Source of the DNA: Chromera velia
Lineage: Eukaryota
Assembly: GCA_018398765.1 (NCBI GenBank)
Contig: JAHBMJ010000059.1
Coordinates: 1-58,284 of the forward strand
Length of the DNA: 58,284 nucleotides
Reading direction: 5' to 3'
The notes under the pieces were generated by a model. It did no database searches. It was not told where the DNA came from and was given only the letters and a program-made list of their open reading frames with translations. Every line of letters starts with the position of its first letter. Position 1 is the first letter of the stretch. Below, piece by piece: positions 25,670 to 38,623 of the stretch. A program made the translations under genes and the position numbers.

Positions 25670-26672
25670 TTCCTTCCTTCCTTCCTTCCTTCCTTTCTTC
25701 CTTCCTTCCTTTCTGCCATCCCCTTTTTTCCCCTCTTTTTCTGTTTTTCCACCTTCCTCTCTTCCTTCCTCCCTCCCTTTGTTCTTGTTTGCTTGCTTTC
25801 TTGTTTTCTTGCTTTCTTGCTTTCTTGCTTGCTTTCTTTCTTTCTTTCTTTTTTTCTTTTCAGTTCTTTTCTTTCTTTCTTTCTTTCTTTCCTTTCTTTC
25901 TTTCTTTCTGTCTTTCTTTCTTTTTATTTCTGGCTGTCACTCTTTTCCAGTCGGTCAGACCGAAAGAAAAAGGAAGGAAGGTAGGAAAGAAGAAAAAAAA
26001 AAAAAGAATGAAAGAAACAATTGAAGAAAGAACGAAAGAAAGAAAGAAAGAAAGAAAGAACGAAAGAAAGAAAGAAAGAAAGAAAGAACGAAAGAAAGAA
26101 AGAACGAAAGAAAGAACGAAAGAAAGAAAGAAAGAAAGAAAGGAAGGAAGAAAGCAAGCAAGCAAGCAAGCAAGAGAGAAAAAAGAAGGAAGGAAGAAAG
26201 GAACGAAGGAAGGAAGGGAGGGAGGAAGAAGGATCATTCTTGGCTGGCTGTTCGGGAGCATCATTTTCGTGGTATCCCTTTCTCGCTTGGCGGAGGATTC
26301 AGTCCTTTTCCACTTTTTTCCCGAATAATTAGGGGCAGGGATTGGTTAGAGCACGGGGGGGATGAAACAAGGGAAAGGGGAAACGGAGAACGAAAAACTT
26401 TGCGTTGTTCGCTCCGGCAGATTCACTGTTACATCGATGCTTTGCTATCTTGCTTCAGGTTGAAGGAGTCCCTCCAGGACCCCTACACGCAGAGAGATGC
26501 GGAGGAGGCCGCAGAGATGACGCATGAGAGACCTCGAAAAAGTGGGGTGGCGGCAGGAGCTGCAGCAGCCAACGTCGGTACAGCGGTACCAGTTGGCGGT
26601 CCCGTACCACAGCAGAATGCGTCTGTGCAGATGCATTCAAGTGCAGTTGGAATCGAAATGACAGATGACTGA
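23203..26672 (+). CDS. ZNF593: ZNF593/Bud20 C2H2 zinc-finger 60S ribosome biogenesis factor
   Basis: Exons 23203-23302, 24108-24167, 24650-24677, 24930-24989, 26459-26672 give [14 protein letters not shown]...[40 protein letters not shown]...[11 protein letters not shown]. Confidence 0.94.
25085..26230. repeat. Compound (CTTT/CCTT)n tract followed by a complementary (GAAA/GAAG)n tract in ZNF593 intron 4
   Basis: Pyrimidine run ~25085-25930 and purine run ~25960-26230 read directly. Confidence 0.9.
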
Positions 26673-26831
26673 CTGAGGACCTCCATCGATCCACTGTACG
26701 ATCGGAGGTGCAATTCGGGGTTTAATGGGATCACATAAGGAGCGGGCTTGACTTTTTAAAGAACTTGGCGGTGCACTCATCTAGACAGGCATGGATGGTG
26801 CCACATAGTGCTGCGCAGTATACGTTAGTTA

Positions 26832-27123
26832 TAGCTAGGTATGATCTGTAAAGTTTTAAAGTGAAATAAAGTTTAAAGTCTGATTTGAGTCTGTAGACTC
26901 TAAAATATAACTTTTGAAGCGCACTTTAAAAGTTTTTTGTCATATATTGAAAACTGTTTTAAAAGGCTAAACAATCCTAAACAATAAATCAATATGTTCA
27001 AACTTTTTATTGATTCTTAAAGTTTTAAAAGTTAAAACCAAAGAAGTTTTAAAGCCTATAATTAAAGTCTGTCACTGTCTGTGGTCAGACTTTATTATAA
27101 AATAATTTTACAGATCACACCTA
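26832..27123. mobile_element. Non-autonomous hAT-like MITE (~290 bp)
   Basis: TIRs TAGGTATGATCTGTAAA (26836-26852) and TTTACAGATCACACCTA (27107-27123); 8-bp GTTAGTTA at 26824-26831 and 27124-27131, with 4 extra nt on the left. Confidence 0.75.
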
Positions 27124-27180
27124 GTTAGTTAGACTGCCGGTCAATTTAAACTTAGTTAATAATAAACTATGTGCATGATA

Positions 27181-28085
27181 CACTGGAACTATAGTGTGTC
27201 ACAATGAGAATTTCTAAAACCTTTTGTGTCAAAATGATTTGTGACACAATAATTGTGATTTTAAGAACTTTTGACTGATTCAATTAAATCATACTTATAT
27301 GTCAAAAAAAGAGTTGTAGATCGCGTATTTACGGTGTTTTGTACGGCTTGACATGGGTGTTTTGTGCGGCTTGACATGCGTTAGAGGGCAGCGTCATAGC
27401 CGCTGCGGACTCCGCACATACAGTGTTATATATGCATGAAATGTCAAGAACAAATCTTGCATAACCCCGCAAGAAGAACAGCTGCGCGTAAACTCGTACA
27501 AAACTATACAGCGCAACCTTAGTCAAGCCAAAACTGTTAAGCCATATCCTGCCTCATTACACATGTAGACTACCAGCATCTCTCCTAGCATCTCCCCTGG
27601 TATCTCCCTTGGGATTGTAACACTTCCGAGCAGCAGTTTATACCTGAACTACTGCGTGCCCCTTCCTTGCTCTTCGGAGCCTCTTCCCCAATACGGGCGC
27701 TACTAGGGGCGCTAGTATGGGCGGCCGTTCATTTTGCTTTGTTCTTTCTTACCGTTTTGGTTCTTTCCAGCCTTGTTGCTTCCCATCTGCTGCGAGTGAG
27801 CTAGCGAATGAGATGAGCGAGTAAATAAGTGAGGTGAGTGAATGAGTGACTGAGTGAATGGTGAACAATTAACAGTCTGAACATGATCGAAGTTCAACGA
27901 CTCTGAAGACTTCAATTAACTTTAAAAGTCTAGGATCACTTCAATTTTTGTCTGACAATTTCATCACACCTAGGTTACCCTAACTATTTCATCACACCTA
28001 TTGTGATACAATTATTTGTGTCACTGGTACTGGTGTATAGAGTATTGTGTCATAATTTGAATTGTGTCACACTATAGTTTCAGTG
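27181..28085. mobile_element. Non-autonomous Tc1/mariner-like element (905 bp)
   Basis: 25-bp TIRs CACTGGAACTATAGTGTGTCACAAT and ATTGTGTCACACTATAGTTTCAGTG, TA on both sides, subterminal TTGTG(T/A)CA repeats. Confidence 0.85.
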
Positions 28086-28732
28086 TAGTGCATGACGTCT
28101 AGCATGACGTAATGTGATATTACAAATGTATAATAACATAAAGGTGTATGTCATATGTGATTATTATATGTAGACTATGATTGTAATGTAGTTTTACTAG
28201 CTTACTGCTACTAGCTAGACTTGCAGACTAAATTTCAGTCTGAGTGACAGTGAGTGTTATACTGTAGTAACTTAAAAAAATGTTATAATCTTGATATGTC
28301 AGACATATATGCTACTAATCAATGTAGTAATCATGCCTAATCAAAATTAATTTAATATCACTGCCAATCAAAATATTAAAAAATATTCACTTAAAATATT
28401 TTTAAAGAATTAGTCCAATGATTGCAATCAAAATATCAAACAATCAATCAATCAATCAAAGAATAATATGCAGGCTTCAGAAAAAAATGCTGTAAAATTT
28501 TGGGCACTTCTACAAATCATTGCATGATTAACTATTCTTATAGCACCAGTCTTTGCATTCCCAATAGTTTGCTAGATAGTTTGGCATATTTTTCAGTCCG
28601 AGCCAGCTTTCAGCCTATAGATGTTTGAAATATTCTGAGCAGAACTAGGAGCAGAGCTAGGAGCAGAGCCTAGAGCGGAGCCGTCAATCCTAGAGTCAAT
28701 CCTATTTCATTTCCTCACGCTTGTTCAGGAAT

Positions 28733-29641
28733 TTACATCTTTGCTCTTCCTTTTGATCCCCCCCTTCCCCTCTGAGACGAAGAACCCCCAACTGGTCTGA
28801 AACCAATGTCGTCAGGATAGCGCTGCACACTGACACCGCTCTCATTCGAGACACGAAGGACGCGTCCGTGTGCTGTCTCGTCCATGATGAGGTCCACAAG
28901 TGCCCCGGCAACTTTCGAAACTTCTAGGAGGGGGCCCGTCGAGCGCACCAGTTTCTTCATGCCATCAGAGGCATCACTCATCAGTCCGTCAGTGAAAGGG
29001 GTTGCAGTGAAACTAGGGCAGAAGGTGTTTACTCGAATCTTCGGAGGGGCCAGCATACCCACAGACCGGGTGAACCCGACCACGCCATGTTTTGCAGCCG
29101 CGTAAATCGGAGCGTACGGCAAAGCGACCACTCCAGCCATGGAGGAAACATTCACAATGCAACCCTCCAAGCCATGCTTTGCCATCGTGTCCGTGGCCAT
29201 TTTGGTCCCCACGATGACGGCCTTGAGGTCCACCTCCAGCACCTTCCATAAGTGATCGAAGGCTTCCTGTGTGGGCTTCATGGAGAAGTAGACGGCGTCA
29301 TTCAGTTTGATCGCCGCGTTGTTGATCCACAAGCGCACTGACGCGCTGTCTGCCGCCATTTCCTCTTCAATCAATTCAATAAATGCGTCCAAGTTGGTCA
29401 CATCAAGGGACACAAACTTTACTCGAGTGGAATCGGAATATTTTTCGTTCAACTCATCTACAACTGACTTTCCAAGTCTCTCATTGATGTCGCAAAGGTA
29501 GAGCAGATCGATCTGAGAGAGAAAAGAAGAAGTGCCTGAAGCCCGCCTCTCACAAATCTGTCGGGCAGTTTCCAAACCAATGCCGCTAGCGCCTCCGGTG
29601 ATCACGCCACAGCCGACGTTATTCCAAGCCAGTTTCTGCAT
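28733..29641 (-). CDS. Classical short-chain dehydrogenase/reductase (15-hydroxyprostaglandin dehydrogenase-like), intronless
   Basis: ITGGASGIG, LDVT, INNAA, IVNVSSMAG, YAAAKHGVVGFTRS, IRVNTFCP; C-terminal -AKM. Confidence 0.93.
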   Translation of the reverse strand: MQKLAWNNVGCGVITGGASGIGLETARQICERRASGTSSFLSQIDLLYLCDINERLGKSVVDELNEKYSDSTRVKFVSLDVTNLDAFIELIEEEMAADSASVRLWINNAAIKLNDAVYFSMKPTQEAFDHLWKVLEVDLKAVIVGTKMATDTMAKHGLEGCIVNVSSMAGVVALPYAPIYAAAKHGVVGFTRSVGMLAPPKIRVNTFCPSFTATPFTDGLMSDASDGMKKLVRSTGPLLEVSKVAGALVDLIMDETAHGRVLRVSNESGVSVQRYPDDIGFRPVGGSSSQRGRGGSKGRAKM

Positions 29642-29874
29642 CTTACTTCAATCGCGCAAGAAGACAATCTTGTTCAGCAAACTTGAGACAGTCTCTGCAG
29701 ACGCAACTCCCCACATGTGTCCACCAAATCCATGCAGTGCGGCTGTCCACGTCTTGATGTGAGATGGAGTGAAGAAGAAAAGAAAACATCATGAAAGAAA
29801 CAAAAGAGTCAGTCTCCGCTGTCAGAGAATGTCAGAGACGCCGGGAGACAGCAGGGATCGATCGAAAAATTGAG

Positions 29875-30010
29875 ATCTCGTGACGTCGCGAAAATTCGCG
29901 AAATGTCGCGGCGCCGCGGGAGGGCCGGGGGCCGGGGCGCGCCGGGGGTGCACATGAAAAAGCCCGAGGCGCCGCCGCCGTGCACATACCGAAAGCCCAA
30001 TTTGAAGAGC
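29875..30010. promoter_or_regulatory. Bidirectional CpG-rich promoter between the SDR and coiled-coil genes
   Basis: TGACGTCGCGAAAATTCGCGAAA plus GC boxes between divergent genes. Confidence 0.5.
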
Positions 30011-30509
30011 GCCACTGCGATCTCGTGGGAAGAAAGCATAATAGTTGTAGGTGGTTTTTTGGCCGCTGGCTTCTCATGGAAAGCCCATGAAAGCCCTATA
30101 GCAAATCAGCACCAACGACAGTCGATCGGCCTTTCTGAATGACCGAAGCTCCCAAGCTGCGATCACCCGCTTTTCAGTCTTTCGTTTTGTCAGAGAATCG
30201 ACTGCCTTTTTCCTAGGCCAATCCAGTCTGTCCGGCAAAGAGACAGAAGAGCAACAGCGTCCGGGTTCTGTGACTCAGTTTCTCTGGCATTCACTTGTGG
30301 GGTCCGTTCTTCCTTGCCACAGCCGAAAAAAGGAATTGGCAGTGTGAAGATAATCTGAGTGCACTTTGTGCAGTCAAAACACTGCTTTTGTGCAAACCCA
30401 ACCGAAGGATATATTTTTTCTTTCATCTTCTGTCGTGAGAGGAGACGTCTCCGGGTCCGAAGATCTTTTGAACTCTGCCTCCTTCTTCTTCACGGTCCCC
30501 AAAAGGCAA

Positions 30510-33500
30510 ATGTTGGTCCCGCTGCGAGACCCACACTCTCAGTCTCCTGCCTCAAAGGCCGTGGAATACGACAACCCAGCAGGTGGCAGAGAGGACAAGG
30601 AGAACCAGCAATTGGCCAACAGCACTGACAGCCTTGCCCTGTCCATCGTTAGCAAAAGCCCCGATCCCCCTCCTTCCACCAAGAGCGTCACTGCACCCGA
30701 CGCCATAGTTGCTGTTCCCTCTTCTGCGAACAGACCCACAACCCCCCCATCGGGATATGCCCTCAAGCCTTCCCAGCAGAGATCGTCAAAGAGCCCCAGA
30801 GAGAGACTTCAAGAGCTCCTCCCGATTGAAAATTTCCACTCGGAAAGCTTCTCGATGTTGCAGTACGAGTCGCCAAACCCAAAGTCAAGGACACACACAC
30901 CCGTACGTACGCCAACCACCCCACCCCCTGCCGCACTGATGGACAAAAAACAAGCCGAGGAACGCACAGCAGCCTCTCAATCCCATGAGATCGTTCCTGC
31001 TTCTCATCGCACCCCCCCAAAGGGCAAGAGCAGAGAGGACAGAGCGAACTTCTTCCCTCTTGCCAATGCTGATGCGTTGGCTTTGCACGATGCAAAGGGG
31101 GGTGAGCACATGCAGAGCCTTGCAGAGCAACCCTTCGTCACCCCTGTTGCCGAATTTTTCCCTGGCACCCCCCTTCTGGAAGTTGCCGATATGGACCCAG
31201 AGAGGAAACAGTTGATGGACGGGAGTGTCCCCTCCGGTCTCATGGAGCTGCAAGACGCCGGAGAGACGGGCAGGGCCTCTGCTCGGGAGAGCCTCATGAA
31301 AATCGCAGATCGCAGCAACTCTCCCCGGTCCGTGCGCGCCTTGAAGGATGGAAAAACAAACGAAGTCCCCAACACCGTTTCCCCGTACGCCCTCTGCCCT
31401 TCATCTGCCACCCCCCCCTCACCCACCTACTGTCATGCAGGTATACCCCCACCCCCTTCTCGAACTCTGAAGGCCCCCGACCACCTAGTCAACATCCTCG
31501 CCTGCAGGCGTTCCTCCACTCGCACGACCACCCCTCCCCCCACACACCCTCTTGCCCTCACTGCCTACACCCCCCCCCGCAATTCCCCACCCGACGCCCT
31601 CGTGTGCCGTCCCACGACCCCGCGTGCCACTGTGGACGCCCGGGAGAGTGACGAAGAAGGCACAGAGTGTCAGTTGGCCCTCCCGGCAGGTGCAGTGCTC
31701 TCCACAACCCCCTTGGCAACCCCCCGAAGCGAGAGGGAGACGGCGTCGAAGCGACAACGGATGTCCCCTATCGCCACACCTCCTCTTCCGAGTCTGACAG
31801 ACTGTGAGATGTCCCTGTCTCTCCCCCTTGCCAACACCGCAGATGAAACCGACGGGGCGATCGTTCCTGCCCTCTCCCCTGCCTTCTCCCCCAGCCCTCC
31901 CCACGCCCTTCCTCTCGAAGACGACCGAGATATGGAGACGGCGTTGCAGCCCTATGAAGACCACGAGACTGCCGAGGCAGACAGAGACGGCGGACTTGCA
32001 GCCATCGAGGACTTCGGGGCCCCTCCTGTATCCTCCCTTGTTCCCCTGTCTTCTTCCGGCTCTCCGTGCGAACCCGAAAAAGAGAAAAAGAGGGCGTCCC
32101 TGCAGATGTTTGCCTTCCCGGACATATCCCCAGATGGAACTCCAGAGAGCCAGAACAGAGAACCTAGGAAGGAAGCAGATGGTGAGGCGGGCCAACAGTT
32201 CTTCGCACTGCGAGATCTGTCTCCGGCCAACTTCCGTCAGAACGACCAGCAGAAAGACGAGTCACCCCTGAAAGCCCTACACGACAGATCCCCTCCATCT
32301 GCTGTGAGACTTCACAGAGGAGAGGCACCTTCTGCCAAGAATCCCTCCCCCCGCGTCTCTGAAGAGACCAGCAGTAAACAGAGCAGCACCCCCGAGTCGG
32401 ACAAACAGGCGGAAAGAAAGGTGAAGGTAGGGTCCGACATCTCCTCCGAGAACAAAACAGAGGCAGAGGGGGAAGGAGAGTCCACAGACAGGGGCGGAAA
32501 GGAAGGAGCCGATGGAATGCCTCCTCAAGCTTTCGGTTTGTCTGCCGACCCTGCCGCCCTCTCTCGCTTCATTCATGCCTACCCTTTCTGTCCACTCGTC
32601 CCATTTTTCCGTTTCCACGCACGCAATGAACATGCCTCCCTTCCTTCGTTCCTTCCTTCCTGACTTCTAGTGATTTTTCCACCCCACTCGTCGCAGGAAG
32701 ATAGCGCTCTTCGCTCTCCTGTTTGTTTCATTCCTTCCAGTCCCTCCATTTTGTGCGCCTTTCCCTGTTTCTATTCCTGTGTGCCCACTGGCCTGTCCAA
32801 GCAGAGAAAGACAGGCCCGGCCGCAAAGTTTCGGTCATCGTTCTTATCTTTCGCCTCTCTCTCACTTCATGCGAATGTCCCCACACACACACCCTTTTGA
32901 TGTCTCTCTCTGTGCAGTCGCGGGCACCCCCTTGAAGAGTCTCCAGTCCGCCCGTCTGAGGAAACTCCTGAACACTGGCAAGAAGGGCGCCGCAGTTCCC
33001 CCTGCACCCCCGCTCCCCCGCAGACTCCAGCAAGCACACACACAGCAGCAGGAAGGCACAGAGAAGGACCAGTCCGCCACTAAAGGCCCAGAGGGGAGGG
33101 AGAGGGAGGACAAAAGCCCCAGAAAATCAAACACATCCAGTCAGTCAGTCAGTAAGTCGGTCGGTACCTCGGAAGCAAATCTGATAAGAAAAGTGACAAA
33201 AAATGTCAGATTATGGGCATTTTCCATGCGTCCCTCTTTCAAAGCAAGGCTTCTTTTTGTTTCTCTTCCACCGTGGACTTACAGTCGTCCTTCGTTTCCT
33301 GTCTCCAGAGGCTCCGTCGCGTCATCGAGATTGCCGCGTATTCCCTTTTTTCTCTTCGTTTGCTTCTCTTTTGCTTCCGTCACTTCCAGTGGTTCTTTAT
33401 CTCGAAAAGGTTCTGGATGTTCCTGAAGGGCAAAAATCGCAATAAGATTTAGTGCACTACATGTCGCCATTCTGTTTAGATAGTGAATGGTTGATGAGTC

Positions 33501-35345
33501 TCTCCTGTTGCAGCCATGACCTCAGGAGGCAAGGGTCTGAAGGTTCCACTGGCAGGAGGACAGAGGACGCGTCTCCCTGCAGGGCCCCGACTCGCAGGGG
33601 GCCCTTCCCCTTTCGGGTCCCTCACCCCTGCCGCAAAGCCCGCAGGGAAAGAGAAGGATAAGGGGGGGGTGTCCCCTGTGCGTCGTTTTGTTTCCTCTGG
33701 TGCTGCTTGTGGTCAGATGAGCGCAAAGGTGCAGAGGATCCTGAAGAATCAGAACAACGGGGGAGCGAAGAAGGGAGCAGACAGTGAAGGTCCTCCGCCC
33801 TCTACAGAGACGACAGAAGGGGCGAAAGGGTCCTCAGCAGAAGAGCAAAACGCACTGTGCAAAGAGCTCCTCGCTATTGCCAGTGAATCTCTTGGTCGGT
33901 CAATCTGCTTTGACATCGTGCTACGAGGGGCTTCTAGTGACACGATTAGAAACACAGCGCGTCCGCATTTCCATTTCACAGACATAAGGAAAAGGCGCGT
34001 TTTGTCCAATTTCCTGCACAGTTCAAATCCCAGTGGCAGCGTCAAAGGATGGCAAGGAAGGTTCCGATTGAGCTCCGTATCTTGCATCATCAAAAACCTC
34101 GTAGTGAAGTACCGTTTCTGGGCAAATCAACAGGTTCTCTCTATGTTCACGGATTGATGGATGGCTGTTTGTTTTTGGGTGACCAAATCTGGTGTGGGTG
34201 GGTGGGTGGTGTCTGTATGATCCTCTTTTGTCGTCTTGTGGTGCCTGCCCCCAGCTGTCCAATGTTGTCCGTCCCTCTATTCCCCCCGCTTTCCATCCAT
34301 GCATGTCTGCAGAGGCCACTGAGGCCATAGCAGTGCAGGCAGAGAGGCTGGAGCTGGAGGTGTCGAGGCTGGATGAGGAGAAGAGGACACTCGCAGAGAA
34401 AAAAGCCGAACAGATGAAACTCATCGACTCCTCGCAGAAGGTCAGTCAGTCACTTGGAGGAAGATGCCTTGACATTCAGCTGATCTCTCTCGAGAACGTT
34501 AGTCTGTCCGCAACTTTCCAAAGTGTGAGAGCTGTCTAATCAGCACTTGCAAGCCTATGCAGTCTTTTCTTACTTTGTTTTCTTCTGCTGTTCCTGTCAC
34601 TTGCGTAGCGGTGACGCCCTTCTCTTCGGTGTCGCACTGCAAGTTTTCGTTCCTGCGTGCTCTTTGTTTGAAGCCCTGTTGCTTTTTTCTTGTCCAGTGG
34701 TCCGTGACAGCAGATCGTGCCGTTTCTTGCACTCACGTGTCGAATTCCCGTTGCAGAGAGAGCGTGAGATGGCGGAGATGATCAAAATGCTGAGGGACGA
34801 GAAGGAGACGGTCCGACAGAAATTCAAGACCTTCCACGGAGACGCCGCGGTTCGTTTCTTCTCCTCGTGCCTTTCCTTTTTCCCTGTCCTTTTGCTTGTC
34901 TGTCACCTCTCTGAATGACTGTATGCCTTCTTCTGTGAGAAAATGACGCAAAGGAAAACCAAAAACTCGATTTGTTTCTGCGTGTGACTCGGTGCACGGG
35001 TTGGTCTGTTTTGATGTCTGACACCAAATTTGCGCATTCGAGCAGCCACACCAGGCCTTTCCTTGAAGGTTTCCCCTTCTCCTGTCCCTGTTTCGACGCT
35101 CTGTGTCTGTCTGTCTGTCTCCACCACTGTGCAAAATTAAAATGACTGAGAAGAGGGAAGCAGAGGGCGCACCCAGAGGTCTTTTCGCTATGTGTGGTTG
35201 CACTTATGTCTTGCAAACTCGGTGGGATGAAAGATCCACCCCCACTCAATTTTTGCAGACTCCTGTTTTGCTTCCGATCTACCCCTCTCTCACCATCCCT
35301 ATTCCTACCCCCCCCCCCCCCCCCCCCCCCCCCGTGCGTATATAA

Positions 35346-35381
<36 letters not shown>

Positions 35382-37422
35382 TTCTGTGTGCAGCTGAAGC
35401 TGAGTGCGGCAGAAAAGAAAGTGGACGAGGCGACCCGCGCGAAGGGAGCTGCGGAGCAAGACGCGAAGGTTGCTCTTTTCCCTTTTTCTCCATGCTCTTT
35501 GTGTGGGAGGAAGAGGCTAGGCTGCTTGTCTTTTTTGTGAGAAACAGGCGGAAACTGATATACAGACAGATAGATAGACCGAACGACAGAGAGACAAATT
35601 CATCATTGTTGGTTCTGCCTGCGTGTGAGTTGGGCATCGAACTTCTTGGATGCACGTAGAAGGGATCACAACACGTTGTGCCCTCTTTCGGTGTGTCAAG
35701 AGAGAACAATGTTGACCTTTTCATCCAAATGCCTCCCGCTTGAGCGACGTGAAGTCATTTTTTCCCACTGAGCCTCTCTTGGCGGTGGAGTTTCCGTTCA
35801 GTTCCGTTTTTTGGTGTGCTTGGTTTCTTCTGGAATTGCATCTGTCAGCAGAAATTGGAGACGGGGCTTTCTATCGCTGACGAAGAGCTCATGCTTGTCC
35901 GACATAAGAATGGAATTCCCCCCCCCCTTTTTTGCAGGAGGCACTCGCCAGGGCGGTTGCAGCCGAGGAGGCGGTCGTCTCTCGTGACTCTCTCCTTGCG
36001 GCCAGAGAGGAGGTCGGTAGGGGGGGTTTCTGGGTTCGCTTTCGCTTTTTCTGCACGGTTCTCTGCAACTCTTTCTTCTCTTCTCGTCGTGTCCAATGTC
36101 CTTTGCACCTGCATTCTTCTCCTCGCCTCTTTGTGACTTGCCTTCTGGCTAGCGGACCGGCTCTGTGTGTTTCTGTTTTCGTTTTGACGGGTTTATCGAT
36201 GCGCGTGTCTCTTCTTTTTGCATGAGTGTGGTTGAGATGCACCTGTGCGGATGCATGCGATGTTCTTGCAGGCCTTGAGCCGTCTCTCCGAGGAGAGGGA
36301 GGAGATTCTGCTGAAGTTGAAAGAACGTGAAAGCGAGGTATGTGAGAGAGACAGTGAGAGACTCGCGGACAGTGAAAAAGAAAGAGAAAATGCATGCGCC
36401 CAGGACCATTATTTGGAAGGAGGTCTTGCTTTCTTCAGTCCCCTCCAACCTCAGTCTTCATGGTTTGGATTGGTCATGCTGATTTGGACGCAAAAAGGGA
36501 CGCCTCCGCTAGAAAGAATGGGGTCTTTCACTCTTCCCACCAGCTCCCGATGTTCCCTATTTGACGAAAAAGACTGGAGGACGGCCTGCTCTCTTCTCCT
36601 CTCCTCTCCTCTCTTTCCGTTCACCTTCTTCTTGCGCTTCTTTTCGCACATCCACATTTAAAGTCGGGCTCTCATCGTCTCAAGACAAAAAAGCAAGAGA
36701 AGGGGGCAAATTGTTTTGTCTCGCCTTCTTTTTGCATGTCTGTTCGGCGGTGAATGAATGGTAAAGAAATCAACCTCTCTTCTCTGGATCAATCAATCAA
36801 ACAAACAAATCAACTGCAGATCCAGACGCTGGAGGACAAAAAACTGGAGCTCGTCGAGCAGAACGGCCAGCTACAGTCCGAGCATTTGCAGTCAGTTCAG
36901 TGCACATGCACAGTCATTTTCCTCCGAGATTCAGAGCATGGAGGTATTCTCATGATTCTCTCTGCGTGTTCCACCGAAGCCAACAGCCCCAGCAGGAGTA
37001 CCTGTAGCCACGCACTTCAGCTGAGAAAAAGAAGAAATGGGTACCCACAGTTGAGTAGACAGTCCTAGAGGAGAGACGGTGATAGGTCCATTTGAGTGGA
37101 GGTTGTCCAATTTTGATTTGTTCATCTAAATTCTTGTAGGCCGGCTGTATGCTTTTCTATTGGCGGTACAGTTTTTGTCTTTCTCCTCCTTTGGAGTACA
37201 AAATTTCTCTCCATGCCTTAATTCGAGCATGGATGCTTTGATAAATGGACGGACGGATGCAGACTCGTTCGTCTGTTGGAGGAACAGAAGAAGAAGTGCG
37301 AGGGGCAGGCGAAGGACGCAGGGTGAGTGAGTGAGTGAGTGAGTGAGTGAGTCCGTCAGTAGTAGAACAGCAGTTGTGGCTTCTCTGAATTTCTGTGGAG
37401 CCTCTTGCATCCGTCCAAAAGT

Positions 37423-37479
<57 letters not shown>

Positions 37480-37572
37480 CACTGACTTTCTCACTCACCC
37501 ACTACCCACTCGCTCACTCACCATCAGACACGCGCACACACAATGAAGGACACGCACACACACACACACACG

Positions 37573-37633
<61 letters not shown>

Positions 37634-38587
37634 GGAGAGAGAGAGAGAGAGAGAGACAAACAGACAGACAGACAGAGCCGCCCTGACAGGCGTACAGAAA
37701 CCGATGGGGCCGACTATCTTTGCACGGCAACAGCTTTTCTTTCTCTGTTTGCAGCCGCGAGAGTCTTCCATCTCTGGCACACTCTCCCGCGGGATCCGTG
37801 AGTGCCCGCACCCCCACTCCGAGACTTCAGCAGAAGGCGCAGAGGAGTACAGGAGAGGAAGAGGAGGAGACAGAAAGGCAGCAGGACAAGGAGAGGCTCG
37901 AAGAAGAGTTGCGAGCTCTCAGAGAAGAGGCAGACACTTTGCGAAATGTCAGTCTGACTCGTCGAACCTTTGCGGACTAAAAGTAGCAATCATTGTACCA
38001 AGGTCGTCGATCCATGCAGAAAAAGACCGTCTATCTGCTCAAGAACGTCTGTTCAACATCAATCAACCTGTCTCTATCGTATTCGGGTACCTGGGCGCAC
38101 TTGTTGGTCGCTTATGGGAGACACGATCTTCTCATGCAGTGATTTCAAAAGCGGCTGTGTGTTTTGTGCTTTAGGTGTGTTCAAGGAGCACCCCATCTGC
38201 GTCTCTTTATTCACCCCGTACTTCCTCTTGTTTGTTTTTCTTTGGGGACCCATCACCCTTCCCTTTTTCCTCCCTCCCTCGCTGTTGCTTGTTTGATGAG
38301 CTCCACCCTGCAGGAACGTCGGGCGGATGCCGAGAAGATTCTGACACTGGAGTCCGACCAACAGGAACTGATTCAGGTCGGTCAGCATGGATGCAAAACA
38401 AAATGGTCGACCGAGGGGGCCCTACTATTGGCGTCTGTGTTCTTCTGAAAATGTCGGTATGCGGTCGTCTGATCTGGTTTGACGACGCTGTCTGTCCTCC
38501 TTTCATGTCCAGTCTTTCTTCCCTTCCTCTTTCTCTGCTCACCTGAATGCGGCAAGGTATCTTCAGTGACTCTTTCTCTTCCTCTTC

Positions 38588-38623
<36 letters not shown>

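Noticed and set aside
35308..35333. Poly-C run (G-quadruplex potential on the opposite strand)
   Set aside because: An intronic homopolymer beside (TA)/(TG) repeats, with no evidence of function
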